The position numbers and the translations under genes are program-made. Of a stretch of DNA of 64,000 nt, positions 63,500-64,000 are shown piece after piece. The DNA comes from Mobula hypostoma. Its lineage: Eukaryota. The DNA lies in the NCBI RefSeq assembly GCF_963921235.1, contig NC_086097.1, forward strand, positions 187,428,001 through 187,492,000. Direction: 5' to 3'. Numbering within the stretch: position 1 is the first letter of the stretch; each line of letters begins with the position of its first letter. The notes under the pieces were generated by a model. It searched no databases and was not told the DNA's origin. It worked only from the letters and a program-made list of their open reading frames with translations.

Positions 63500-64000
63500 T
63501 CATGCATGCCAAACAAATGAAGGTAATACATACCAAGGTCTTGGATCATATGCATATTACGAGGAAAGAGGTATTTGCAGCAGTGAAGCGCATTAAGGAG
63601 GACAAAACCCTAAGGCACTCCCAAGACCCTATGGGAGGCCAGGGAAGAAATTGCAGAGGCTCTTGTAGAGATGTTAGCTTCATCATTAGTCATTGCTGAA
63701 GTCCCAGAAGACTAGTGAGTGGCTAATATTGTTCCCTTGTTTTAAAAGGAGAGCAATGACAGGGCTAGGGAGTTACCTTCCTTACTGGAGGAAAATTACT
63801 AGAGGGAATTCTGATATACAAGATCTATTATCACTTGGATAATCAAGGCCTGATCAAGAAAAGTGAACATGGTTTACTTTATGGGAGGTCGTGCCTGACA
63901 AATCTTTTTGATATTTTCAAAGAGAAAGTAAGGGAATAAATGAAAGTTCGGTGGTTAATGTCATCTATAAGGACTCCCATAAAGAACTTTACAAAGTCCC
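63500..64000 (+). mobile_element. Old CR1 RT fragment, runs off window end
   Basis: LDHMHITRKEVFAAVKRIKEDK; ANIVPLF; GRSCLTNL in decayed frames. Confidence 0.75.

Noticed and set aside
1..64000. CRISPR array, rRNA, prokaryotic operon or retron-like RT system
   Set aside because: No regular repeat-spacer array or rRNA-like sequence seen; all RTs are assignable to CR1, Rex1-like, Penelope or Gypsy elements.

Overview
Eukaryotic, repeat-dominated DNA. The repeat mix (CR1 LINEs with an esterase ORF1 and (CATAGAAA)n-type tails, Poseidon-type Penelope elements, Rex1/Babar-like LINEs, HE1-like SINEs) points to a cartilaginous fish, probably a ray; this is inferred from repeat content only. I could not confidently identify any host protein-coding gene, rRNA, tRNA or CRISPR array. 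Almost every long ORF is a transposable-element fragment or its antisense shadow. The best-resolved elements are: (1) a complete IR/DR-type DD34E Tc1 transposon (3039-5311) whose transposase is frameshifted by a TACTGTA excision-footprint-like insertion and whose left TIR holds a 647-bp LTR-like insert; (2) a complete 4.1-kb CsRn1/Kabuki-type Gypsy element (26242-30378) with ATAC TSD, tRNA-Trp PBS, CHCC Gag knuckle and a GGGAAAC -1 frameshift signal; (3) Penelope elements whose pseudo-LTRs carry minimal hammerhead ribozyme motifs, one intact at 17783-17818; (4) two hAT MITEs with 8-bp TSDs, a 5'-truncated L1 with a 17-bp TSD, and many nested CR1/Rex1 copies. CR1 copies are strongly biased to the minus strand, suggesting the window lies in an intron of a plus-strand transcript; one candidate signal-peptide exon (50429-50497) is noted. 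I found no clearly new multi-gene system. Boundaries of old LINE fragments are approximate and family names come from motif recognition by eye, not database searches.
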